Assembly: GCF_006345805.1 (NCBI RefSeq)
Contig: NC_042998.1
Coordinates: forward strand, 109,244,001 to 109,308,000
Length of the DNA: 64,000 nucleotides
Direction of reading: 5' to 3'
DNA from: Octopus sinensis
Lineage: Eukaryota
Shown here: piece by piece, positions 51,985 to 63,860 of the stretch
How positions within the stretch are numbered: the stretch's first letter is position 1
Layout: each line of letters opens with the position of its first letter
Notes under the pieces: model-generated
Database searches by the model: none
Told to the model about the DNA's origin: nothing
Seen by the model: the letters and a program-made list of their open reading frames with translations, nothing else
Made by a program: the position numbers and the translations under genes

Positions 51985-53445
51985 ACTCTTGAGTGCTACT
52001 GGTACCATGTAGTCCAATACAACCTGTTCCATGGTTGGGTCGTCGGTGACTAAACTGGCAACACCACCAGGCCTGCTTGGTGAGGTGGGGCTCGTCAGCC
52101 CAGGAGGGCAGCCCACCTGGGGGAAGGGAAACCCTGATTTGAAACCTCTGCTGTTTTGTGGGATACCTGATCACAGGGAAAGCTTCAGGAGTAAACCTCG
52201 AGGAAAAATCAGGAGTTGCAGCCCTTCAGGCAGCTCAATGTTGACTTCAACTCCATCCTGGCAGCTCCTGCAACAACATTGCGACCAAACTGTAGCAGCC
52301 CGCTGTTCCTTTGGATTCATCAGGGAGGTGGAGAGGGGGGACAAGTTGCATTGGCAACAACCTGTTCTCCATACTACATTGCTCAGACTCACATCCGTCC
52401 ATGCCATCATTAAACATGTACACCTGGAGAGGACACTCCACCTTCACTATTTATTTGGTGTCGACACAACCTGGGAAGCAGCAGACACTGGTTATAAGCT
52501 TTAACTCAATTGGCATAGAATGCGGCACTAGGGGTTGCTTCTGATGGTGGGAGAGATCTTCGAGTCTCATTGGACAGCTACCATCTGCCTCGAGTCAGGC
52601 AGACCCCAGCCAGTAAGGTGTTGTCCTGTCATGGCTTGTTTCCTTGTTGGGTGCATGGAGATTAAGAGAACATCCAACAAGCAGATCGTTAACTACTGCA
52701 CCAGGCAAAAATAGAAAAGCTATCAAAAATTGATCAGCTCTAGAACTGGTATGTCGGAATGTCCGGACAATGATGCCTGGCCTCTCCCAGGACCTTCAAG
52801 ACATCAGTAACACCAGGAAAACAGCAGTCATCAAAAATGAGCTCAAGAGACTGAACGTTGATATCGCTGCTCTGCAGGAAATACAGTTAGCCAATGCAGG
52901 CACGTTGAGGGAAGAGGGACTACACATTCCTCTGGAAAAGGAAGAGCTCCGATGAACCCAGAGAACATGGAGTAGGCTTTGTAATAAAGAGCAGCTTGCT
53001 GAAGATGGTAGAACCAGGCATCGGCAGCTCTGAGCAGCTCCTAACTCTCCACCTGAACACTACCGAAGGCCCTGTCACCCTCATCAGTGTGTATGCCCCG
53101 ACAATGTCCGCCGCACCAAATGCCAAGGATGAGTTCTACGAGAACCTTGCATCCACTATCAAGAGCATCTCCATTAGCGAAAAACTTATTCTCCTGAGTG
53201 ACCTCAATGCCAGAGTGGGTGCTGGCAACAACTCGTGGCCCTCTTGCCTCGGTCCATTCGGGGTGTGAAAATCGAACGAGAATGGACAGCAACTGCTTGA
53301 GCTCTGCACCTTTCATGACCAAGTCCTTCTTCAAGGCCAAACCCCAACACAAAGTGTCTTGGAGACATCCATGCTCAAAGCATTGGCACCAACTGGACCT
53401 GATCCTGGTCAGGCGTGCTGCCATCAAGTGTGTTCACACTGCATG
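51985..53445 (+). mobile_element. RTE/BovB-like LINE 5' half: long 5' UTR plus AP-endonuclease pseudogene
   Basis: RNVRTM...ELKRLNVDIAALQE...HGVGF...ISVYAPT...KDEFY...LSDLNARVG...NENGQQLLELC...SWRHPCSKHWHQLDLILVR, with frameshifts and a stop. Truncated at the 3' end. Confidence 0.92.
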
Positions 53446-53513
53446 GTCCATCAATTGAATCCACAATTCAGCGATCATGAGTGTAACACCCTAACTACTG
53501 GGCCATGTGCATG

Positions 53514-53544
<31 letters not shown>

Positions 53545-55303
53545 CCTGCCAAAAGTTATATATTATATATATCTTGTCAAAAGTCATTAGAAGCAATATC
53601 AATCCAACCTCGTGCAGTTATGTGAAGAGGATGGAGATTGAAGGACAGGAAAACTATTGAGAAAAGAAACAGAAAAAGTGGGTCTAGACAATGAGCAAAT
53701 AAAGCCTGGACGAACCTCAGAAAGGAACAACCACTTCCATGGTGTGGCTAAAATTTATGATAATCTGAAAGAAAAATGATATGCTAAGGAAGAAATAAAA
53801 ATGAATTGAAGGAATAATATGCTTATAGGAGAAGCAGTAAGGGATAGATACTTAGAATTCTAGAATGGCAGACTATTGGGGAAAATCATACCTATAAGAT
53901 GTGGGTGACTAAGATCAGCCAAAGGTTCTTATGTCTGAACACAAGAGGCCTAGATTGTAGTCAAAGTAAATTGCTGGAGTTGAGGAGAGGCTCTGATCCT
54001 CTCAGACCAATATGGATGGGTTATCTTATGAAAGATATAGTTGGGATAATATTGAATTTTTCATGGAGCTCCAGATTGCAGGATGTAATAGTTAAATACC
54101 TTCTTTTGATTTAACTTCAATTTATAAATATACTTTGTGGTTATTGTTTTTACCTGTGAAAATTGAGATGTTGTTGTTGTTTAACCTAGGTTAACTCTGA
54201 TTAAGTAAACATGCAATACAATATATGAATGAATTCATTATAAAGAAACATTGCTATACTTGCTTAAAAATAATTGAGTAAGTGAGGACATAGATGTTCT
54301 AACATACCCTATAGTAAATTATGTAATCTTCATTAGCTAGCATCAGATTCTTTAGATATAAACACATGCTATGTTTGAGGTCTTGCTGCTTGTCTATACT
54401 GTGGTCATCACAAGTATCTGCAGACATACAGATGTAGACTGATGTAGACCCCATATGATTAACCACTGCATGTCAGAGCAAGCATTAGGAGTCCTCAGCT
54501 AGGTGAAGGCAGAATATATCAGTAATAACAGATCTGAAGATTGCACTTAGTACCCTAGGTCTCTAACAAAGCTGACCATTGGTTATACAACCTCAGAGTA
54601 TTTCAGTTCTTCTGTATCAGGGAGTACAGATATTAGAAGAATCCAGCTGTAAAAAGCAATTGCTTCAATATCAAACTATCCAAATTTACAAATACTTTTA
54701 CAACCAAGCTAACAGGGGGGAAATAATTTAGAAAAGGAAAGATAATAAAGAAAATGATAAATTGAGAAAGTGGTTCTGAAATATATCATCATCATCATTA
54801 CCATCATCAATTTTTTATATTGATGAATTTTCTTTTTCTTTTCTTTTTTCTTTTTTTTTTGTTTGGCTTACATTTAAATGATTCTAAATTAACATATCCT
54901 ATAGACTTTCAGTTGTTGGTTAAATATTGACATCTAATTTTAACCTGAATTTGGATTGAGCTGCCAGGAAGTGTGAATAGAGCACATGTTTAGATATAAA
55001 AGAATTTAGCAATTTGGGATCTGACAAGTCATATTTTGATCAACTAAACAGACATGACTTGAAATAAGATGGAAAAACAAACAATACAACTTTGTATATC
55101 TGCCAGGCAAAGAAAATAGAAAAAAGAACTCATGCAGCTATATTTTGTATGGAACCCCAAAATTTAATTCTAGCAGATATTTGTTGCTAAAACTATCCAT
55201 GATTACAAACAATGTGCATTACTTGGAAGTATTTCTATCCTGCAAGTTTATATATTGGAATTTCTGTTTAGGACAGGGTTCTTTCAAGCAAATTACAAAT
55301 GCC

Positions 55304-55346
<43 letters not shown>

Positions 55347-55994
55347 ATTATCATTGTTATTATTATTGCTGCTTAGCTGCTGCTGTTGGTGCCTTGATGT
55401 AGCCATGAACAGAAAACAAAAACAAACACAAAATCTTTATTTTTGTAATAACTATTTGTTAGAGCTTCATATAGAAAGAACTTTTTTCTATAATTTTTAT
55501 CTTTGGTCCTGTCAGTTTTCTATTTATGATTTGGCTTTAGAAAATCATTTTAGATCAGAGTGAACAGCTGATAACAAAAACATAGAAACCCTCAAATAAA
55601 ATGAAATGAATATTTGGTTTAGGCAAATACACTATTGATTCAATGTATTCCATTCAGATATTCCATTTTGGTGGCCACACACTGAAAGGAAGTGAACCAT
55701 TGGCTTTTTTCGAAAAATCTATTAATGATTCATTATTTTCAATACACTCAAATCAATGATGAGATCCATGCCGGCCTGACAGGAATTACAATGCTACAAG
55801 TCCTTTGAGGTCAATGATATTTTGGTCTTATCATACAATTAATGCATAAACATAACCAATTTTAATTTTAGTGGAAACCCACAAATGTTCATTGCTACAC
55901 GAGCACGCATGCACACACATCTGTGTGTGTGTCTGTTTATATATGTATCTATTTATCCATCTGTCACTATCTATCTATCTATCTGTCTATCTAT

Positions 55995-56081
<87 letters not shown>

Positions 56082-56084
<3 letters not shown>

Positions 56085-57090
56085 TTATATATATAAAACT
56101 GAGAATGTGTGTCCGTCTGTCTGTCAGTGTGTTTCCTTAAAACTTGAGAACTACACAACCAATTTCATTCAAATTTTACACATGCCTTACTTAGGGTCCA
56201 GGGAGTGTCAGCGGCAAAAATATTTTGAACTCTTTGCCTAGGGCGAGCCCACAGCAATATCATATCTTCTCCACTACGATTCCCTAAAACTTCAGAACTA
56301 CACGACCAATTCCATTCAAATTTTACACATGCCTTACTCAGGGTCCATGTAGTTTCATGGGCAAAAAAAATGTTCAACTTCTTGCCTAGAGCGAGCCCAT
56401 AGCAATATCATATCTTCTCCCCTATTTCAGTATTACGTGTTAAAAGTGGAACAAAAATATTTCTCTATTTTATGTCAGATACTTTCACATTAACAATAAA
56501 AATAGTAATAACAATTGAATTATATGTAGTAAGTAATAATTAAAATCAAACTAAAGTATATTATAATCGAAACATAACAAAAGTAAAAATAGCAATTGGT
56601 ATAAAATTGCATCAATGATTGAATAAGTGGTTTCACATGAATGGGAATAAATTAAGAATAAAATTAGCGTGCAGAAATGGAATAGTTCAGATGGATAATA
56701 AAAAATTAAATTAAAGAAAAGACTATTGTCTATAAAGTATACTATGTAGAGAAAAAAGAAGATTTGAACACATAGAGGAAAGCACCTTCGAAAAGTGTCT
56801 TGGTGCAACTATGAAAAGTATCTAATCAGAGGCGGTAAATTCGCCACAATAGAAGCACGGTTTGAGTCAACGGAGCATGCAAGGGAGTACTCAACTCGAA
56901 CTTGCAAAGTGGAAATATTTTATTTTTACCTTTATATCTGGGACGTAGGACATCCCGGAAAAAATTTTTAAATGCCCCCCACCCCCACCCCCAGAAGTAG
57001 AGGTAGGCTGGATTGTAGCCACACTTCTATACAAGAGGGAGGACAAGATACAATTGATTGAAATTACAAGAGACGGGCTAACAATTCCAG
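56082..57090 (+). mobile_element. Non-autonomous Helitron-like element with two 147-bp tandem units
   Basis: 5' TCTTTATATATATAAAACTGAG followed by (GTCT)n. Units start taaaactt at 56138 and 56285. The 3' end is acgggc...CCAG|T. Confidence 0.55.
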
Positions 57091-57243
57091 TCTATATATT
57101 ATAGTTATAGTTATATATTTTGAGTATTGTTATCACTAGCAATATCAAGGTATAACTTTGTATTTTGTATTCTATGTGTAGATGTATATATATATAGATG
57201 TACATGTAATATGTACACATATATATACACATATATACATGCA

Positions 57244-57283
57244 CTAGCACTATGACCCGTCGTTGCCGGGTCTTTAATGCTTG
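57244..57283 (-). mobile_element. Helitron 3' terminus remnant
   Basis: Minus strand has hairpin gacccg-gcaacga-cgggtc, 6 nt, then CTAG|T. Confidence 0.7.
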
Positions 57284-57309
57284 TATATATATATATATAT
57301 ATATATATA

Positions 57310-57930
57310 CAGGGGGTGGACAAAATAATGGAAACACCTTAAAATTTCAAACAAATTTATTTTAATATAGGGTAGGACCACTTTTGGCAGTAATTACAGC
57401 TTGAATTCTATGAGGTATGGACTCATACAAAGTTTGAATTGTTTCCAAAGGAATTTTTGTCCGTTCTTCAGCTAAAACAGTCTCCAGTTCTTGTAGTGAT
57501 GATGGTAGAGGATATTAACTCCTTACTTGTTTTTTCTAAAATGCACTCAATTATATTGAAATCTGGGGACTGTGGTGGCCAGATAAGATGTTCAACTTCA
57601 CTAGAATATTCCTCGTGTAACTTTAGCTGTGTGAATTGGTGCATTATCATCCTGAAAGATTGTGTTTCCCTCCGGAAACAGTTCTGCAACCATAGGATGA
57701 ATTTGATCTGATAAAATGCTTAAATAGTTTTGGCTATTAATTCTGCCATGAAGGGAAACCATTGGGCTGGTGGATTTCCAAGATATAGCCCCCATCCCGC
57801 AGATCATCACAGATCTTCCTCCATGTTTAACAGTTGGAAGAAGGCAGTGTGGGTCAAATGTTTCTTTTGGCTGTCTCCACATGTATGCTCAGCTGGTGAT
57901 TGGAAATAAGGTAATGGATGACTCATCCAA
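57310..57930 (-). mobile_element. Tc1-family transposon 3' half (DDE domain)
   Basis: TIR cagggggtggacaaaataatggaaacac after TA. Minus strand reads LDES...PTVKHGGRSVM...FQDDNAPIH...WPPQSPDFNIIE. Confidence 0.92.
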
Positions 57931-58102
57931 GAGCTCACTTTGCAGCCAAGCTGCCTTCGATTCAGTCCCACTGCATAGCACCTTGGGCAAGTGAATTGTA
58001 CTATAGCTCTGGGCTGACCAATGACTAAAATTCTTCAAAGCAGTGTCACAAACATGTCCACAGTATGATGACCAAAACAAGTAAATAAAAAAAGATAAAA
58101 GA
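57931..58102 (+). mobile_element. Deleted SINE family A copy truncating the Tc1 element
   Basis: ttcagtcccactgcatagcaccttgggcaagtg head joined to a gatgaccaaaacaagtaaa tail. Confidence 0.65.
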
Positions 58103-58158
58103 TATGAATATATATATATTTGTATACACATGTGCGTATATATATATACACATGTGTT

Positions 58159-58209
<51 letters not shown>

Positions 58210-58214
58210 ACCTG

Positions 58215-58408
58215 AATGGCTCCCATGCCGGTGGCATGTAAAAAACATCCACTGCACTCTTGAAGTGGTTGGCGTTAGGAAGGGCATCCAGCTGTAGAAA
58301 CGTTGCCAGATAAGATTGGAGCCTGGTGCAGCTGCTGGCTCTCCAGACCTCAGTCACACGATCCAACCCATGCCAGTAAACAGACGTTAAATGATGATGA
58401 TGATGATG
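58215..58408 (+). mobile_element. Family C RTE-tail retroposon
   Basis: gtggttggcgttaggaagggcatccagctgtag...ccaacccatgccag...acgttaaatgatgatgat. Confidence 0.75.
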
Positions 58409-58420
58409 TTGATATATATG

Positions 58421-58454
<34 letters not shown>

Positions 58455-58489
58455 TGTATGTATGTATGTATATGTGTATATATATATAC

Positions 58490-58560
<71 letters not shown>

Positions 58561-58568
<8 letters not shown>

Positions 58569-58803
58569 TTTGAGACAAAACCACTATTTTGCAAAACAAA
58601 CAAGGAAAGACTTAATCAATACATAAAATTTTAATATAAATTAAATAAACCGCCACTACAATTGTATCCACCTGACGAATGTCATTTGAAGACATGAAAC
58701 GATTGTAGTGGCGGTTTATTTAATTTATATTAAAATTTTATGTATTGATTAAGTCTTTCCTTGTTTGTTTTGCAAAATAGTGGTTTTGTCTCGAATTAAT
58801 ATT
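58561..58803. repeat. Near-perfect inverted repeat, 105-bp arms with a 33-bp spacer
   Basis: 58561-58665 vs 58699-58803: only 2 mismatches seen, both at CpG/TpG. Confidence 0.95.
58668..58711 (+). ncRNA. Minimal type I hammerhead ribozyme, GUA triplet
   Basis: CCAC-CUGACGA-AUGUC(auuugaa)GACAU-GAAA-CGAUUG-UA-GUGG. The core is canonical and stem III is the quasi-palindrome ACGAUUGU. Predicted cut after 58707. Confidence 0.85.
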
Positions 58804-58914
58804 ATATAATATTTTACTATAAAATTGGATTTAATCCTAAATCTGATTTTTTCCCTGTAAATTTGGATTTATTCCCTAATATTTATTATTATATATATAT
58901 ATATATATAATCGA

Positions 58915-59092
58915 TTCAAATTTTGACACAGTTGCAGCAGTTTTGCAGGGGAGGTGGGGGAAAGTCCATTAAACTGACCCCAGTACTTGACTGGCATTTA
59001 TTTTATTGACCTTGAAAGGATGAAAAGCAGTCAACCCTGGCAAAATTTGAATTCAATATGTAAAGGCACACAAAATGCCACTTAGCACTTTG
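58915..59092 (-). mobile_element. SINE family B (inverted)
   Basis: The reverse complement contains gaattcaaattttgccagggttgactgcttttcatcctttcaaggtcaataaaa...cagtcaagtactggggtcag. Confidence 0.75.
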
Positions 59093-59593
59093 TATTAAGA
59101 CATATTTTACATGATTGTCTTCATTCCTAGTCTTATTATGCCAAGATAGAACTTAAGTGTTTTGAGAGATTCTGTGAGATATATACACACATTAATATAT
59201 ATATATATATGAAGTGTTGTAAGTCTTATTGGACCTAAAATTTTGCACGAGTATTTCTTTGTCAGTGATGCTTATACTTGTTTACAAGTTGATAACCAAC
59301 ATATATATATATACGATTTTTATTTTGATGTTGACGATATATATACATATATATAAAGACATGAAAAAATACATACATACATATATATATATATACATCC
59401 ATATATATATCACACACAGACTCTGTAAAGTGGTTGGTTATAGGAAGTGCATCAAGCCATGTAAACCAAATGTAGTTACATGTACAAGCATCACTTTATA
59501 GGAGTAATGGTTCCCAGTATCAAATGATGTATTTGGACCATTACAACCCCAACTCAATCCCTTTCAGTTTGGAAAGTAGGTGTAAAATGATGA

Positions 59594-59635
<42 letters not shown>

Positions 59636-60174
59636 ATATATATAAAGAGAGAGAGAGGTAGATAGATAGATAGATAGATAGATACATACATACATACATA
59701 CATACATACATACATACATACATACATACATACATAGAGACATATCTATATGTATGTGCTTGTGTGTGTGGTGTGTGTGTGTGTGTGTATAAATATATGC
59801 ACTCTCACACTCACACATACATGCCTAAATGAATGCATATACAAATAATAAAAGTCAAGTATTGTTATGAATTTTGGCAAATTTGTTTTCAGAAAAATCA
59901 AATTATTGAAATGACTGTCTGCTACTTTTTTAAATTTATGAAGTTGTATCTAAATTCACTTAACCCACAAATCTATCCTCCTTTCACCTTCACTAAGTCT
60001 CACTTCACATATCTCAGTTTTTCCTACCAAGAGTAAAACCTGCAAAATTCCCTTCTTTGTTAATGATGTTTTAAATATTAATTTGCAAGTGTTCCATCTG
60101 AACATCTTCTACATCAATCCCACAAGTTTTGTTATCAATTTCTGAACCATAATAATAATAATAATAATAAAAAT

Positions 60175-61850
60175 AACTGGAAAGTAGAACTGATATGCAC
60201 AAATGAATCATTAGGCAACATGAAAATATACCAAGGCGTTTTCCATGCTCACTATCTCCATTACTCTTTGCTATTGCAGTAGCCCCTTTAACAAGTTTAA
60301 TAAGAAAATCCAGGTCTGCCTATGAGTTTGCCAAATCCAAAATGAGAATAAATCACCTACTTTATATGGATGTCCTCATGCTGTATATAAAAATTGAGAC
60401 AGAACAAGACTCTTTGATCCAAATAGTAAGAATATTCAGTAAAAGGGTAAACAGGTAAAGAACCCTTTCGGTCATAAATGACAATGAGATTGAACTTAGA
60501 AATTTACCCTCCAAAGCACAAGTCTGGGACAGTTGTTTATGTAAGACCAGCAATTGCCCGTGCATGCCAGCATCCCCTCTCCATAACATGGAGAGGGGAT
60601 AACTGATGTTATCCAAGGCAAAAGCAAAAGCTGATACAGTTTGGCACCAGTGATGATGTCATAACTCGTTTCTACAGCTGAATGAACTGGAGCAACATAA
60701 AATAAAGTGTCTTGCTCAAAAACACAACATATATCTCGGTCCAGGAACTGAACTCACTACCTAGTTTTTGAGAGCCTAAGTATTCAGCAAAGATATTGGA
60801 ATGCAGACTGGGATAAATATGTGCATAGTACTAATTATGAAGAGAGGCATGAAATTTTATCTCTGATGGCATAAAATTACCACAAGATAACACCATTAGA
60901 TTGCTGTGGAGTAATGGAGGAAAATAATATCTAGGAGTACTGCAAAACAATAGGATAATGGAAGGAGAAATGAGAGGAAGTCACAAAAGAGTATAAGTGG
61001 AGAATTAGGAAAGTGCTCAATACAAAATTAAATGGAGGGAATATCATTAAAGTCATAAGTAAATAGGTTGTGCCTCATATTGAGATACCCTGCTTCCTTT
61101 CTGAAATGGATGAAACTTGAACTACAGAACTAGAAAGCTGCTCACAATGCACACTGCACTCCACCTTAAATGCAATACTGAGAGTAACCACCTACCAAGA
61201 TGGTGGCAGAGAAGTACTAAACATAGAACACACTCTTAATACTGAAATACTGGATCTGTAAAGTTATGTTGTGCAGAGTAAAGAAAGAATATTATCAGTG
61301 ACTAAGAGATACCCAAAAAGTGACTAAAATAGTAGGAGAATACAAAGAGAAAAGGAAAATAGAAGAAAAAAACAGAATAAACAAATAGAAAGAAATGGAA
61401 CTGCATGGCCAATTCATGCAAAAAACTGAGAATGTTGTAAGTAAAGATTGTTGGCACTGGCTGACTGATGGGAACTTGAAATGAAAGACAGAAATCCTAA
61501 TAATAGTTGCTCAGAAACAAGCACTTAGAACAAATTTGATAAAGGCAAAGATCCACAATCTCAATCAGACAGTAAACTTGGAATCTGCAATAAAGGAGAT
61601 GAAAGTATCAATTATGTTTTCAGTGAGTGCAAGCACAAAAGGAATATAAATGCAGACATGACTGTGTAGGCAAGTGAGTGCTTTCAGATGTTAGCCAAGT
61701 GTGTGGTTTCAAAATAACAGGAAGATAGTATGAACAAAAACCAGAGGCTGTGATAGGAAATCAGAATTACAAGATTTTGTGGAATTTTCTGATAAAGACT
61801 GACCATGCTATTGAAACAAGAAAACCAGATATGATTATAGAGGATCTTTG
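60175..61850 (+). mobile_element. Decayed R4/Dong-like non-LTR retrotransposon (RT, zinc knuckle, RLE), interrupted by a SINE
   Basis: SLSPLLFAIAVAPL...INHLLYMDVLMLY...IVRIFSK | FSKDIGM...YLGVLQ...LHGQF...TEILIIVAQKQALRTN...ICNKGDESINYVFSEC...YKCRHD...KILWNFLIKTDHAIETRKPDMII. Confidence 0.92.
60444..60780 (-). mobile_element. SINE family E inserted with a target-site duplication
   Basis: Reverse complement of 7795-8128. Flanked by tattcagtaaa (60433-60443) and tattcagcaaa (60781-60791). Confidence 0.85.
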
Positions 61851-62832
61851 AAGATCTTGATGTCTAGGTTAATAAGCTGGAGGATTGCTCAGACACCTTT
61901 CTTAATTTTAAATTCTGAGGTCTTCCCCTATTTATTTCTCACTAATACTGTTTGTTCCCACTGCATTTTTGTTATTGCATTTTGAGGTCTTTTTCACATA
62001 TCCTGAATTCTGACAGACAACTTTATACATCAACTTACGGATTTTATTTTGTTAAATGCTTTGTTAAAGTCTTCAAGGCATGTTGATTTATGTCTAGAAC
62101 TCTTTTCCATATGGCTCTTAGGTTAAATATTCCCCCTTAAGTTATCACTCCTGCAGTTGACTTATTTCTTCTTTTGTTCTTGCTCTAATTCTCCATTGGA
62201 TAAGGCTTAGTAGTAGTTAGGTTTGGTACCAATTTATGAAAAACAGTGAATCAAAATACAATTGAATGAAGCCAATTGCTCAATAAAGAAAATTACTTAA
62301 AGTAATAGCTGCTTGAATCAGCAATTAATCAAATTATAGGAACTATTCAAAATATAGTAAATAGTCTAAAGGAAATCAGTTACATTCTCACAATGTATAA
62401 GCAAATATTTTTAAAAAATTAAAATGTGTGACATGTTTCTGTTTATAGTCTAAAAACCAGTGTAGTTCATGTTTATGCTCTTTTGTAGCCTTATCTTGTC
62501 TTTATCAAAATCTACATTAATTGAATCAATACTTAAAAACTGTACTGATGCTTTACCATATGAAGAAACTAGCAATTCAAAAGCATAATAATTTCACATT
62601 ATGGGCAACTGATTATATGTATGCAGTTGTGTTTTTGTATGATGTGTATTCTTAGTTTAAAAGCGCTAGTGTTTAGAGTTCATGGTTCAATACAGCAGAG
62701 TTTAGTTTGTAAACATAAACATGACACATACAACATTTATAAACAACACTCGTTTTTACATTTTGATAAAAGAAAATCTGAATAAAGCATAACATAATCT
62801 TTTTAGACGGAAATTATTTTAATAGATACTAT

Positions 62833-62990
62833 AGGTGCAGGCATGACTGTGTGGTAAGAAATTTGTTTCCCAACTACTTAGTTTCTTGTTCAGTCCTATT
62901 GTGTGACACCTTGGGCAAGGGTCTTCTCATAGAGCCTCATGCTCATCAAAGCCTTGTGATTAAATTTGATAGAAAAATACTGAAAGAAGT
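62833..62990 (+). mobile_element. 5' part of SINE family A
   Basis: ggtgcaggcatgactgtgtggtaagaa...ttcagtcc...caccttgggcaagg...aaagccttgtga. Confidence 0.75.
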
Positions 62991-63669
62991 CACGTGAATG
63001 TGTATAATCAGACTGGAATTTGATGCAGCCTTCTAGCTTACCAGTTCCAGTCAAACTATCTAACCCATGCTGGCACGGATTAGATGTTGATGATGATGTG
63101 TGTGTGTGTGTGTGTGTGTGTTACTGTCTCCTTACCTTGACATCACATGATAGTTGTGAGTGTTACTGTCATTTTCTGATACTATTTCATGGTGAAATAT
63201 CACCTTACTTGGAAACAAGTGAGGGTTGGTGATAAGGACATCTAGCTGTAGAAAATGCCCCTCTATAAATTCCATCTGACCTACAGGAACTTGAAAAAGT
63301 AGACATTAAAATAATGATACTGTAATTATATCAATTGTTACTCCAACTGTTACTCCAATTGGTTGTTTTCTAAGTGAAATGTTTTCAATAAATTTCAGGT
63401 CAGTCAACTGTCCACATACCTTCTACTCTTTAGACTTATCATTCAAAAAACTGCACATATGATTCCTTAGACTTATGGCCCTAAATCCTGCATAGTCTAC
63501 AGCTTTGGTTTCTTTGGTAATGAAACTAAGATAGATCGTTTGGTATATATCATATTATATAACATGTTAGAGATGCTGGTCATTGTTATTTAATGGTTTT
63601 AACTTAAATTTCTGCTACTTCAGTTGCAGCTTTGAAATCCAGCATTGGTGGTCTGCTCTTAATCATCAT

Positions 63670-63860
63670 ACAGTTCTTTTATGTATTCAACTCATTCAAT
63701 TTGTTGGTGGAATTCTTCTATCTCTTCATCTTTGTATTCTTGTGTAGGAGCACATAACTGTATGATGTTGATATTGAAAGGTTTACCTTCTAATTTCATC
63801 AGAATCACTCAATCCAAAATTGTCCAGCATCCAATTAGTAATTTTGTTACAGCATTTTTT
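63670..63860 (-). mobile_element. RTE-type AP-endonuclease fragment
   Basis: Minus strand reads GCWTILD*VILMKLEGKPFNINIIQLCAPTQEYKDEEIEEFHQQI. Confidence 0.75.

Noticed and set aside
52031-52544. 157-aa ORF upstream of the RTE endonuclease as a host gene
   Set aside because: It lies within the GC-rich 5' region of the RTE, has overlapping ORFs in several frames and shows no recognisable domain.
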